Source of the DNA: Planctomycetota bacterium
GTDB lineage: Bacteria; Planctomycetota; B15-G4; JADJEK01
Length of the DNA: 55,240 bases
Reading direction: 5' to 3'
NCBI GenBank assembly: GCA_044225365.1
Contig: JBGAIQ010000039.1
Coordinates: 1 to 55,240, forward strand
Part shown: positions 1-9,674 of the stretch, piece by piece
Numbering within the stretch: the first letter of the stretch is position 1
Layout: each line of letters begins with the position of its first letter
Position numbers and translations under genes: made by a program
Notes under the pieces: model-generated
Database searches by the model: none
Seen by the model: only the letters and a program-made list of their open reading frames with translations
Told to the model about the DNA's origin: nothing

Positions 1-838
1 CGGTACTTCCCCCTATCTCTATCACACGGATGAGAATGGCTTTCTTGGCTCGTTTCCCATCGACGCGTGTTCGAATATCACAACCTACCAATCGATCATC
101 GTGCGGAACGAGTACTATGTGTCGGTGGGAATCAATACACCAGCCGGTGGTCAGGGAAATCGGATCTTCCAATATCACCTTCCGGATGGCTCTTTGATAG
201 CAACGTACGACCTCACGGGGCTCGTCACGGGGTTCTCCATTCGCGGCGACGGGGTCGTCGTCTATGCGACAACGAACGAGGTGACGGGCGAGTATCTTAA
301 CCGTATTAATCTAGATTCGAAAACGGTCTCGAAGCGACTTTTGAACGGGCTCTTCCAACTCGGATCGACGGCGACCCCCATTGGCGACTCGACGGGATAC
401 ACGGTCGCCAATGTGCTCGATCAAGACGGGGACAACGACGGTGATGGTGATTCCAACGCCGATGAAGTCGACGCGCGTAGCAACCCCTTCGATCCACTGA
501 GCCGTCGGACCGGCCCCCACGTTGCCGTGAGCTTCGCGCCGGGGAATCACGCTTTGCGGCTTCACTTCGAAGACCCGGATGGCGTGCTCGACCCGATCGG
601 CGGATTGGACCCCTCGTCGCTCTCGATTCACGCCGACGGTTTTGGCGAAATCCTTCCGGTCCTTTGGCCGTTCCTGTCTGCGACGACGGTTGCGAGCGAC
701 GGCAAGTCTGCCGATCTCGAATTCGGGTTGCTTCCGATCGCCAACAACCTCAAGATCCGCATCACCGCGAGCGTGCGCGACTTCAAGGGTGCTCGCTCCG
801 ACGATTGGGAGGTCACGCCTCCGGGATTGTGGCAATAA
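1..838 (+). CDS. Partial (5'-truncated) secreted/surface protein with a Ca-binding DxDxDG-like motif and a beta-rich C-terminal domain
   Basis: Frame is open from nt 2 (GTSPYLYHTDENG...) to TAA at 838; contains DQDGDNDGDGDSNADE..SNPFDP (TSP3-like Ca-binding motif). Confidence 0.7.
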   Translation, partial: GTSPYLYHTDENGFLGSFPIDACSNITTYQSIIVRNEYYVSVGINTPAGGQGNRIFQYHLPDGSLIATYDLTGLVTGFSIRGDGVVVYATTNEVTGEYLNRINLDSKTVSKRLLNGLFQLGSTATPIGDSTGYTVANVLDQDGDNDGDGDSNADEVDARSNPFDPLSRRTGPHVAVSFAPGNHALRLHFEDPDGVLDPIGGLDPSSLSIHADGFGEILPVLWPFLSATTVASDGKSADLEFGLLPIANNLKIRITASVRDFKGARSDDWEVTPPGLWQ

Positions 839-983
839 ACGAGCACCGCACGCGGTTCGTCGAGCAAATCCTGGATCAGTACGGCTTGGGCAGACCAGGG
901 GTTCGTCCGCCTGCGAAATGAGGGTTGCGGTATCTCGTCGCAACCCCCGCGTCTTTTGCATTCGAATCGGCAGAATCTGCGAT

Positions 984-1778
984 GTGACTCGCTTCCTCGC
1001 CCTCATTGGCTTTGCGCTCTCGACCGGCTTCGCGCTGACGGTCGATGTCGGCCTTTACTCGATCGTCCACTTCGCGACGACGAACGGGGCGCGCACGGCG
1101 CTGCGCTTCGCGATCGAGATCGCGACCGCGCATGCCGTCTTCCTCGTGGTCGGCGCGCTCTCCGCAGAGTTCATCGCGCATTCGCTCGGCAGCGATGTCC
1201 TCGTCGACGCCGTCTCGGCCATCGCATTGCTCGTCGTGCTTCGAGGAGCCTTCGGGCGTGCGATGGAAGGCCCGCATGCGGAAGCGGGCGACGAGGCGCC
1301 GACGGCACATCCGAACGCCGGTGTCGTATGGTTCACCGCGTTCGCGTTGTCCCTCGACGCACTGCTCGTAGCGCCGAGCGTCGATGAGTTCGTGGGTGAC
1401 GTATCGACGATCGCGCGCCTCTACGCCCTTGCCCTGCTCTTCCTCGGCGTCTTCGTGTTCTCGTTCGTCTATGCGGCGTTCTCCAAGCGTCTGCGAGCGC
1501 TCGTTCTCGATCCAACCGCGGAGAGCCGCAGACGCCGCAACTTCCTCTCGATCGCGAGCGCGGCCGAACTCGGCGTGTTCTCGATGTTCTTCGCCGAGGG
1601 CGTCTTCGGGGTCTTCGAACACCTCGTCACGAAGGAGCCGGTTGCGCCCGTCCTTCGCCGAGTCAGCGGGTTCGCGTTCGGGATCGTCCTCTTCTCGATC
1701 GCGCGGTTCCGTGCGGGGCGAATGGACGCACGGAGAGAACGCAGTGTGGGGTCCGCCGTCGACGACACGCCCCGATGA
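984..1778 (+). CDS. Integral membrane protein, MntP (DUF204)-like putative metal exporter
   Basis: GTG at 984; several hydrophobic helices; GFALTVD and AFALSLDAL resemble the two MntP ALSxDA motifs. Confidence 0.5.
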   Translation: MTRFLALIGFALSTGFALTVDVGLYSIVHFATTNGARTALRFAIEIATAHAVFLVVGALSAEFIAHSLGSDVLVDAVSAIALLVVLRGAFGRAMEGPHAEAGDEAPTAHPNAGVVWFTAFALSLDALLVAPSVDEFVGDVSTIARLYALALLFLGVFVFSFVYAAFSKRLRALVLDPTAESRRRRNFLSIASAAELGVFSMFFAEGVFGVFEHLVTKEPVAPVLRRVSGFAFGIVLFSIARFRAGRMDARRERSVGSAVDDTPR

Positions 1779-2104
1779 AGGAACTCGACTGCGAGACGTG
1801 CGGCGCCTGCTGCTGCAACCCCGACGAGAATCGCGCCGAGGGATATCGCTACTACGTCTTCGTCGACGACTCGAAGTCGAAGCTCCTTACGCGGGTCGAC
1901 TGGGAGAAACGCTACGTCGTCTACGACGAGAGCGGCGCGCCCCATTTGCGGCTCGATCCGAGTGGGCGTTGTGCCGCGCTGGAAGGAAGGCTCGGTCAAC
2001 GCGTGCGCTGTGTCGTCTACGCGCATCGGCCGAAGGGCTGCCGGGAAGTCATGCCGCACAGTGAGGAATGTCTGCGCGCTCGGAAGGAACGCGGTATCGA
2101 ATGA
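1775..2104 (+). CDS. YkgJ-family cysteine cluster protein (CxxCxxCC)
   Basis: CETCGACC, RCAAL, CVVYAHRPKGCR; ATGA overlap with the upstream gene. Confidence 0.85.
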   Translation: MKELDCETCGACCCNPDENRAEGYRYYVFVDDSKSKLLTRVDWEKRYVVYDESGAPHLRLDPSGRCAALEGRLGQRVRCVVYAHRPKGCREVMPHSEECLRARKERGIE

Positions 2105-2107
2105 AGC

Positions 2108-4075
2108 TCAGGCGTCCGCGCGCGACCCCGATCGGCCCGAGAGCAGATCGCGGCAGCGCGCGAGCTGCTCGTGACTACCGGTGACGACGAGCACGCTGTC
2201 CGGGTCGAGTTTGAAATCGCCGCCGGGCGCATGGACGACGACACCGGCCCGCACCGCCGAGATGACCGCGGCTCCGGTTCGCGCTCGAAAGTCGATCTCG
2301 GCGAGCGTGCGGCCCGCCTCGGGCGAGTTCTCCGGAACCCGGATCGTCTCGACCGACGTCTCGGCGAGGATCTCCCGCATCATGTCGAGCGACCGATTGG
2401 GATCGAGATCGCCGGTGAGCATCGAGTACCCCTCGCGGCGCATCAGTTCGACCTGCACGGCGATGTTGCCGCGCGGTACGCCGAGGCGTCGCAATACGCG
2501 ACTGAAGATCTGGATCGAAGTCTCGAACTCCTCGGGGATGACTTCGCTCGCGCCGAGATTCGAGAGTTCCTCGCGCTCCGACATGTAGCGAGTGCGGACG
2601 ATGATGTAGATGTCCTCGCGCAGCCTCCGCGCCACGGCGACCGCGCGACGCGTTGCCGCCGGATCCGCGATCGCAATCACGAGGATCGATGCGTGCTCCA
2701 CGCCCGCGCGTTCGAGGACCTCGGCGCGGCTCCCATCGCCGAACATCACGACGAGCCCACGATGCCTCGCGAGATTCGCTCGCTGCACGTTGAGTTCGAC
2801 GACACGGAATGGGATCGCGGACTGCTGGAGCACGCGCGCCACGTTCTCGCCGTTCAATCCGTAGCCGAGCACGATCACCTCGACGTGCTCTTCCGCTGCC
2901 GCTCCGGGCGCTCCGTGGAGAGATCCCGCCGCCCGCAGCCGCGCGGCGATCTTCGGCGCGCCCTGGATGAGGAACGGCGAGGCGAGCATCGACAGGATCG
3001 CGACGGCGAGGAAGCGCGACGAGTCGTCCGCGTCGATGACGCCGAGGGCGACCGACTGCTTCAGCAGGACGAACGAGAACTCGCCGACCTGCGCGAGCGA
3101 CGCCGCGGCCATCCACCCGATCGCGGGCGACCTCGTGAGCCAGTAGCCGATCGGCATCATCACGAGCGCCTTCAAGGCGACGAGCAGCGAGACGAGTCCG
3201 AGCGTCGCGAACGGATGCTCGGAGACGATGTGGACATCGAACAACATGCCGATCGCGATGAAGAAGAGCGCGTTGCACACGTCGCGGAACGGCAGGATCT
3301 CGCTCACGACCTGATGGCTGTACTCGGATTCGGCGATGAAGAGTCCTGCGACGAAGGCGCCGAGCGCGAGCGAGAGACCGATCCGAGCGGTGGCCCACGC
3401 CGCGCCGAGCGCCGTGAGCACGACGAAGAGCGTGAAGAGTTCACGACCGCCGAGGTGCATCACGATCTTCGCGATCCGCGGGAACACGAACCTCGCGATC
3501 AAGACGATCGCGACGAGCGAGACGACGGCCTTCAAAAGGGTGAGTGCGATGCCGCTCGCTCCCGATCCTTGGCCACCCGCGAGCAGCGGCAGCGCGAGCA
3601 TGAGCGGGATGACGCAGAGGTCCTGGAACAGCAGGATGCCGACCGTGAAGGTTCCATGCGGTGCGTCGATCTGCCGCGTGTCCGTGAGCACCTTCAGCAC
3701 GAACGCCGTCGACGACGGTGCTACAAGCATTCCGAGCAGAATCGAATGACGTGTCTCGAGATGGAGAGCGCGACCCATCATGAACGCGACCGCGAACGTG
3801 ACGAGCATCTGCAGCGCGCCGGCCGTAACCAGTTTCTTGCCGTTCAAGAAGAACCGCGGCAGCGAGAATTCGAGACCGATCGTGAAGAGCAACAGCGTGA
3901 CGCCGACTTCTGCGAGCTGCTCGACTTCTTCGGCCCTCGCGACCCATCCTAGGCCATGCGGACCGACGACGGCTCCAACGGCGAGAATGCCCGCGATCGA
4001 GGGCAGCCGCAGATGGCGGAACAAGAGCACGGCCGGGACCGTGAGCGCGAGCAATAGGATGAGATCAGCGATCAT
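2108..4075 (-). CDS. CPA2 cation:proton antiporter (Kef-like) with TrkA-N and TrkA-C domains
   Basis: LAEVGVTLLLFTIGLEFS, GILLFQDL, SLALGAFVAG, LAQVGEFSFVL, GYGLNG Rossmann motif, C-terminal TrkA-C; start re-chosen at MIADL. Confidence 0.92.
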   Translation of the reverse strand: MIADLILLLALTVPAVLLFRHLRLPSIAGILAVGAVVGPHGLGWVARAEEVEQLAEVGVTLLLFTIGLEFSLPRFFLNGKKLVTAGALQMLVTFAVAFMMGRALHLETRHSILLGMLVAPSSTAFVLKVLTDTRQIDAPHGTFTVGILLFQDLCVIPLMLALPLLAGGQGSGASGIALTLLKAVVSLVAIVLIARFVFPRIAKIVMHLGGRELFTLFVVLTALGAAWATARIGLSLALGAFVAGLFIAESEYSHQVVSEILPFRDVCNALFFIAIGMLFDVHIVSEHPFATLGLVSLLVALKALVMMPIGYWLTRSPAIGWMAAASLAQVGEFSFVLLKQSVALGVIDADDSSRFLAVAILSMLASPFLIQGAPKIAARLRAAGSLHGAPGAAAEEHVEVIVLGYGLNGENVARVLQQSAIPFRVVELNVQRANLARHRGLVVMFGDGSRAEVLERAGVEHASILVIAIADPAATRRAVAVARRLREDIYIIVRTRYMSEREELSNLGASEVIPEEFETSIQIFSRVLRRLGVPRGNIAVQVELMRREGYSMLTGDLDPNRSLDMMREILAETSVETIRVPENSPEAGRTLAEIDFRARTGAAVISAVRAGVVVHAPGGDFKLDPDSVLVVTGSHEQLARCRDLLSGRSGSRADA

Positions 4076-4127
4076 CGATTTGGGAACATAGCAATGACGG
4101 CGGAGTTTTCGCCGTGCGGAGGAAGAA

Positions 4128-5354
4128 GTGAACGAGACGCTCGATACTGAAGTCGCGATCATCGGCGGCGGGCCCGCTGGAATGCTGCTTTCCCTGCTGC
4201 TCGCACGCGAGGGCGTTCGGACGGTCGTGCTGGAGCGCCACGCCGATTTTGCGCGCGAGTATCGCGGCGAAGTCCTCATGCCGCGATTCTCGCGACTCTT
4301 CCATCAGCTTGGACTCGACGAGCTCATCGCCGGTTTGCCGCATCGCAGACTCGACGCGCTCTGGATCCACGATCAGGAGCGAAAGATCGCGGAGGTTCGA
4401 TTCGATCGCTTCGAACACGAGTTTCCGTATGCGCTCTGGATCCCGCAGACGATCCTGCTCGACGCTCTCGCCGCCGCCGCGAAGCCTTACGCCGCGCATC
4501 GACTCCTTCTCGGCACGACTCTGCGCGACCTCGTTCGCGATCACGAGAAGGTGACCGGCCTCGTTGCCGAGCGGGGCGAAGATCTCCTCGAGATCCGTGC
4601 CAACGTGGTGGTCGGCGCGGATGGGCGCTTCTCATCGGTGCGACGGCTCGGTCGATTCGAGATCGAATACGAAGCGCACGATTTCGACGTGCTCTGGTTC
4701 ACGCTTCCGGATGACGGAGGAGGCGAGGTCGCTGCCGTCCGCGGCTATCTCAGTCCCGCTCGCGGTTACCTTGCCCTGCCGAAGTACCCGGCATCGCTGC
4801 AATGCGGAATGCTGCTGCCGCCGAACGGTTTCGCGTACTACCGCGAGCATGGAGTCGAGGCGCTTCGCAAGCATCTGCTCGAGGGACCGAAGTTCCTGCA
4901 TGACTTCGCGCGGTCGATCCACGACCTGAAGCCGTTCACGCTCCTCCATGCCAATCTCGATCTCGTGCGCGATTGGGAGCGGGACGGACTCGTCCTCATC
5001 GGCGACGCGGCGCACACCTGTTCTCCGGCCGGCGCCGTCGGTGTGTCGATCGCGGCCGAGACCGCGGCCGTTGCCGCCGATGTCCTCATCGATTGCGTTC
5101 GACGCTCTGACTTCTCGAAAGCCGCGCTCGATCGGATTCAGGCGCGCCGCGAACCCGCGATTCGACAGGTCCATGCTCGTCAGCGTCGCATCGGCACCCA
5201 ACTCGCCGGATCCGCCCTCGGCCGTCGCATTGCGACGCTCGTCATTCCCTGGCTCAGCAAGTTGCATCTGCCCGAGCGCTTGTTCGGACCCCTTGCATGC
5301 GGCGAGGCCCTGGAGCTCGACGTCGTTCGTCGCTCTCCAGGGCCTCCAAACTGA
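4128..5354 (+). CDS. FAD-dependent oxidoreductase/monooxygenase (UbiH-like)
   Basis: IIGGGPAG, VVGADGRFS, LIGDAAH..SPAGAVG. Confidence 0.9.
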   Translation: MNETLDTEVAIIGGGPAGMLLSLLLAREGVRTVVLERHADFAREYRGEVLMPRFSRLFHQLGLDELIAGLPHRRLDALWIHDQERKIAEVRFDRFEHEFPYALWIPQTILLDALAAAAKPYAAHRLLLGTTLRDLVRDHEKVTGLVAERGEDLLEIRANVVVGADGRFSSVRRLGRFEIEYEAHDFDVLWFTLPDDGGGEVAAVRGYLSPARGYLALPKYPASLQCGMLLPPNGFAYYREHGVEALRKHLLEGPKFLHDFARSIHDLKPFTLLHANLDLVRDWERDGLVLIGDAAHTCSPAGAVGVSIAAETAAVAADVLIDCVRRSDFSKAALDRIQARREPAIRQVHARQRRIGTQLAGSALGRRIATLVIPWLSKLHLPERLFGPLACGEALELDVVRRSPGPPN

Positions 5355-5361
5355 ATCGAGT

Positions 5362-6354
5362 TCAACCGGTGGCCTTGGCGGCGAGGCCTTCCTTCACGAG
5401 CTTCTCGATCTTGTCGTGAGACTTCTTGCCGGAGCCCACCGCGTTGCCAAGCACCTTCCCGTCCTTGCCGATGACGAAGACGGTAGGAATGCCCTTCACG
5501 TAGAACTGTTCCTTGCTGACCTTCGCGTCGGTGAACACGATCGGGTAGTTCACTTCGAAGGCCTTGATGAACACTTCGTTCACCTTCATCTCATCGGCCT
5601 CGGGGATCGGACTCGTCCGACTGCCGACCTGCTTGCCGCCGTGCGGCTTCTCCGCATTGGGATCGGAGAAGTCCATGCCATAGCCGAAGAGGCGCGTCGC
5701 GCCGACGACCTGCACATCGCCCTTGTGTTCCTTTTGCAGTTCCACGAGTTCGGGGATGACCATGCGGCACGGCGGACACCAAGTCGCCCAGAAGTCGATG
5801 ACGACGACCTTGCCCTTGAGAGCCTTCATGTCGAACGTCCCGTTCAGGACCTTCGAAACCTCGAACGCCGGGCACGGCTTGCCGTTGAGTTCGCCGCGCT
5901 TCACGTCGTCGGGCAGGTTGCCCTTGAAGTACTCGAGCATCTGCTTCTGTTCATCGCCGAGTCCGTTGTCCTTCGTCTCGTTCGCGAGCTTCAGCAGTTC
6001 CGATGGCTCGTGATCGGACCCTCCGACGACGATCGCCTCCACCCGCGCGCGATTCGCGAGGTCGCTGTCCTTGTGGTCCGCGGCGTACTTCACGAGGAGC
6101 TTGTACGCGGCCTCGGTTTGGTTCGCGCGACCCAGCAGCATTCCCTGGTAGACGAGCCCTTCGTCGGTCGCGAGATCGGCGGCATTGTCCTTCAAGGCCT
6201 GCTCCGCGGCCGCCTTGATCGACGCCATCGCCGAATCTCCATCCTTGGCCGCCGCCGCCGCGCTATCGACCTTCTCGATGATCGCGTCGAACTTCGACGT
6301 GTCGCCCACGACGGGCATCGACAACATGAACGCGAGGGACAACGCGACGAACAT
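5362..6354 (-). CDS. Exported TlpA/ResA-like thiol:disulfide oxidoreductase
   Basis: Signal peptide; KGKVVVIDFWATWCPPC; GIPTVFVIGKDG. Confidence 0.9.
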   Translation of the reverse strand: MFVALSLAFMLSMPVVGDTSKFDAIIEKVDSAAAAAKDGDSAMASIKAAAEQALKDNAADLATDEGLVYQGMLLGRANQTEAAYKLLVKYAADHKDSDLANRARVEAIVVGGSDHEPSELLKLANETKDNGLGDEQKQMLEYFKGNLPDDVKRGELNGKPCPAFEVSKVLNGTFDMKALKGKVVVIDFWATWCPPCRMVIPELVELQKEHKGDVQVVGATRLFGYGMDFSDPNAEKPHGGKQVGSRTSPIPEADEMKVNEVFIKAFEVNYPIVFTDAKVSKEQFYVKGIPTVFVIGKDGKVLGNAVGSGKKSHDKIEKLVKEGLAAKATG

Positions 6355-6458
6355 GGGCGCACTCCTGGTTTCGTGATGGATGGACTACAGATCCGTTCGC
6401 ACCGGATGGATCCTACCGCCTCCGGCAATGGCGTCGATCCCGGACCGCCGGGACTGCG

Positions 6459-6822
6459 GGACCGCCGGGCTCTGCCCGGCATTCTTGGTTCCATGCCACG
6501 CTGGAGCGTGGCGGTCCGGCAGTCAGGCTTCCTTGGACCGCCGGGCTCTGCCCGGCATTCTTGGTTCCATGCCACGCTGGAGCGTGGCGGTCCGACGATC
6601 GGGTTTCCTTGGACCGCCGGGCTCTGCCCGGCATTCTTGGTTCCATGCCACGCTGGAGCGTGGCGGTCCGACGATCGGGTTTCCTCGGGCCGCCGGGCTC
6701 TGCCCGGCATTCTTGGTTCCTTGCCACGCTGGAGCGTGGCGGTCCGGCAGTCGGGTTTCCTCGGACCGCCGGGCTCTGCCCGGCATTCTTGGTTCCTTGC
6801 CACGCTGGAGCGTGGCGGTCCG
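6459..6822. repeat. Tandem array of 5 REP-doublet (REPIN/BIME-like) units, 76-bp period
   Basis: Units start at 6459, 6535, 6611, 6687, 6763: GGACCGCCGGGCTCTGCCCGGC-ATTCTTGGTTCCWT-GCCACGCTGGAGCGTGGCGGTCC-G plus a 16-nt near-identical linker; partial GGACCGCCGGG at 6442. Confidence 0.92.
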
Positions 6823-6827
6823 CATGA

Positions 6828-7967
6828 TCACGACGCCGTCTTGATTTCGTTCCAAAGCCGATCCCACACGCTCTGATCGCGCCCGAGGTCGATCTGGTAC
6901 TCGAGGCGCTTGCGCTCGTCTTCCCCGGGATAGGGCATCGCGTTCCCAAGCCTCGCTTGCGCGGCGGCGTTCGGCGTGCCGTAGCCCGTGACTTTCGATA
7001 TCGCCGCGCCGACGTCGGCCCGCAGGACGTAGTCGATGAACGCGTGCGCCGCGTTCGGATGCTGGCCTGCCTTCGGGATCACGAGCGAATCCGACCACAG
7101 GTTGCCGCCCTCCTTCGGCAGCACCCATTCGACCTTCGCATCCTCCGCCTTCGCCTGCAGCGAATCGCCGTTCCAAAGCTGGGCGACCCACACCTCGCCC
7201 GCGATGAGCTGCTGCTTCACCGCCGCCGAGATCCATGCCTTCACGTTCTTCTTCGCGACGATGGCGTCCTGCTTCGCGACCTCGAGCTTGCTCGTATCGC
7301 GGCAGTTCAGCGACTCGCCCTTCCACTTCAGCATCCCGCCGATGACTTCGCGGCCGTCGTCCATCATCGTCATCTTCCGGCGATAGCGCGAGTCCGCGAA
7401 GATCCCGTAGTCGGTCGGCGGGACTTCGAGCTTGTCCGAGCGATATGAGATGCCCGTCATGCCCCACTGATACGGCGCGGTGTAGACGTTGCCCTTGTCC
7501 CAGGGAGCGTCGAGGAACGCCTTCTCGTAGTTCGCGAAGTTCTTGATGCGCGATCGATCGAGCGGCACGAGCAGGTCGGCGGCGATGAGCCGCGTCACCG
7601 TGTAGCCGGTGGGCACGCAGAGGTCGTACGCCGACCCGCCGGTCAACAGTTTGGCCTCGAGCTCTTCGTTGCTCTCGTAGGTGTCGTACTTCACCTTCAC
7701 GCCGAACTCCTTCTCGAAGTTCGCGACCGTGTCCTCCGCGATGTAATCCGACCAATTGAAGACGTAGAGCTCTGGCTCGAGTCCGTTCGGCATCAGCGTC
7801 GACGACTTCGCGCCGGATTCCGAACGGCCACACGCAGAGAGCGCCGCGCTGACGATCGGCAACGTCGCTCCGAGCGCGAGCATTCGCGTGACGAAGTCGC
7901 GACGCGATAGAGCGCCACGCCGAAGGTCGAGGAACAATTCGATGGCGCGTTCTTCGGAATGAGTCAT
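6828..7967 (-). CDS. potD: Polyamine ABC transporter substrate-binding protein (PotD/PotF); Tat-like signal plus lipobox
   Basis: LYVFNWSDYI, FEKEFGVKV.YDTYESNEE, PYQWGMTGI, PKEGGNLWSD; SRRDFV...LSAC. Confidence 0.88.
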   Translation of the reverse strand: MTHSEERAIELFLDLRRGALSRRDFVTRMLALGATLPIVSAALSACGRSESGAKSSTLMPNGLEPELYVFNWSDYIAEDTVANFEKEFGVKVKYDTYESNEELEAKLLTGGSAYDLCVPTGYTVTRLIAADLLVPLDRSRIKNFANYEKAFLDAPWDKGNVYTAPYQWGMTGISYRSDKLEVPPTDYGIFADSRYRRKMTMMDDGREVIGGMLKWKGESLNCRDTSKLEVAKQDAIVAKKNVKAWISAAVKQQLIAGEVWVAQLWNGDSLQAKAEDAKVEWVLPKEGGNLWSDSLVIPKAGQHPNAAHAFIDYVLRADVGAAISKVTGYGTPNAAAQARLGNAMPYPGEDERKRLEYQIDLGRDQSVWDRLWNEIKTAS

Positions 7968-7992
7968 GGGCGTTCCACCTGGTGCTCTGCCG

Positions 7993-8790
7993 TCAGCGGC
8001 GCGACGCGCCCGCAAGGCGTTTGTCGGCGACGTAGACGGCGAACGTCGTGACGAGGACGAGAATCGTAGAGACTGCGTTCACGCTCGGCTCGATTCCCCG
8101 CCGCACCATCGGATAGATGACGAGCGGAAGCGTGCTCGAGCCGGGGCCGGCGACGAAGAACGTGATGAGGAAGTCGTCGATCGAGAGCGTGAACGCGAGG
8201 ATCGCCCCCGCGATCACGCCCGGCATGAGCTGGGGCAGCGTAACCTTGAAGAATGCCGAGAATTCGTCGGCGCCGAGCGACATCGCGGCCTCTTCGAGCT
8301 GGCGATCCATGCCCTGCAACCGTGCGAGTACGACCAGAACTACGTAGGTGAGGCAGAACGCGATGTGCGCGATCGTGATCGTCATGAGCCCGAGGGAGAA
8401 TCCGAGCGCCGCGAACAGCGCGAGCAGCGAGATGCCGACGACGATCTCCGGAGTGACGAGCGGCAAGTAGAGCAAGGAATCGATCGCGCGCCGCGCGGGC
8501 AGGCGGTGGCGTGCGAGCGCGAGGGCCACGAGAGTTCCGAGAACGGTCGAGATGAGCGACGCTGAGATTCCGACGATCAAGCTGTTCACGAGCCCGTCGC
8601 GCAGGTCTCCGCGTTCGAACATCCTCTCGTACCAATGCCAGGTGAAGCCCTTCCACTCGATGCCGTATCGCGAGTCGTTGAACGAGAAGACCATGAGCGC
8701 GATCACGGGAAGGTGCAGGAACAGGAGTGCGAGGACGGCGATGCCGAAGAGCGCGTACGACCGCATCGGGATCGAACGGATGCTCATCAC
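7993..8790 (-). CDS. potC: Polyamine ABC transporter permease
   Basis: FSFN, GFTWHWY, LEEAAMSLGA (EAA motif), AFTLSIDDF. Confidence 0.9.
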   Translation of the reverse strand: MMSIRSIPMRSYALFGIAVLALLFLHLPVIALMVFSFNDSRYGIEWKGFTWHWYERMFERGDLRDGLVNSLIVGISASLISTVLGTLVALALARHRLPARRAIDSLLYLPLVTPEIVVGISLLALFAALGFSLGLMTITIAHIAFCLTYVVLVVLARLQGMDRQLEEAAMSLGADEFSAFFKVTLPQLMPGVIAGAILAFTLSIDDFLITFFVAGPGSSTLPLVIYPMVRRGIEPSVNAVSTILVLVTTFAVYVADKRLAGASRR

Positions 8791-9674
8791 GCCTTCGCTC
8801 CCGTATCGAGTCGGGCGTCTTCGGTCCGTTTCGCCAGCAGCACGGCGACGACGAGCAGGATGAGCAGCATTGATGCAGCCGCTCCGAGCGGCCAGTTGCG
8901 CGCCGACGTGAATTGACTCTGCACCAGGTTGCCGATCAGGACTTCCTTCGAACCGCCGAGCAGATCCGACGTCAGGAAGGAGCCGAGGCTCGGAATGAAC
9001 ACGAGCACGCAGCCCGTTGCGATGCCGGGGAGCGTCAGGGGCAGCGTGACCCGAACGAACTGCGAGAGCGGACGAGCGCCGAGTACCGACGCGGCGTCGA
9101 GCAAGGCGAAGTCGAGCTTCTCGAGCGACGCGTAGATCGGCAAGAGCATGAAAGGCAGGAAGCCGTGGACGAGTCCCACGATCACGGCGGCGGGGCGATA
9201 GAGCATCTCGAGCGGCTCATCGATCCAATGCAGTCGAAGCAGAACGTCGTTCACGAGCCCGCCGTCGCGCATCAGGAAGATGAGCGCGTACGTTCGAACG
9301 AGGAAGCTCGTCCAGAACGGGAGCACGAAGAGGAACAGGAGGAGGCGGCGCCATCGCCCCGCGCGCACGATCGCGTAGGCGCAGGGGTACCCGATGAAGA
9401 GGCATGCAATCGTGGCGTAGACCGCATACCGAACGGTGCGCAGCAGCACGCCGAGATAGAGCGGATCCATCAGCTCGCGATAGTGCTCGAGCGTGAAGCC
9501 ACGCCGCACTCCGCCTTCATCCGTGCGCGGCAGGAAGCTGTAGCCAAGGAGCATCACGAGCGGAATCAGGAAGAACACGACGAGGAAGAGCAGTCCGCCG
9601 CTCGAGAGAAGGAGACCGCTCGTACCGGGGCGCTTCTCCTCGAGCTTCACGAGGCCGGAACGGACGCGCTTCAC
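8787..9674 (-). CDS. potB: Polyamine ABC transporter permease
   Basis: LPFWTSFLVRTYA, LPFMLLPIYASLEKLD..LLDAASVLGA; GTG start overlaps the potA stop. Confidence 0.9.
   Translation of the reverse strand: MKRVRSGLVKLEEKRPGTSGLLLSSGGLLFLVVFFLIPLVMLLGYSFLPRTDEGGVRRGFTLEHYRELMDPLYLGVLLRTVRYAVYATIACLFIGYPCAYAIVRAGRWRRLLLFLFVLPFWTSFLVRTYALIFLMRDGGLVNDVLLRLHWIDEPLEMLYRPAAVIVGLVHGFLPFMLLPIYASLEKLDFALLDAASVLGARPLSQFVRVTLPLTLPGIATGCVLVFIPSLGSFLTSDLLGGSKEVLIGNLVQSQFTSARNWPLGAAASMLLILLVVAVLLAKRTEDARLDTGAKA

Noticed and set aside
839-983. yybP-ykoY Mn riboswitch before the MntP-like gene
   Set aside because: No recognisable conserved core; only a GGGTTGCG/CGCAACCC hairpin
6459-6822. CRISPR array
   Set aside because: The repeat is 60 bp, the 16-nt linkers are near-identical rather than unique spacers, and no cas genes are present
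6192-6949. ORFs with repeated peptides across array 1
   Set aside because: Translation artefacts of the DNA repeat; the 76-bp period shifts frame
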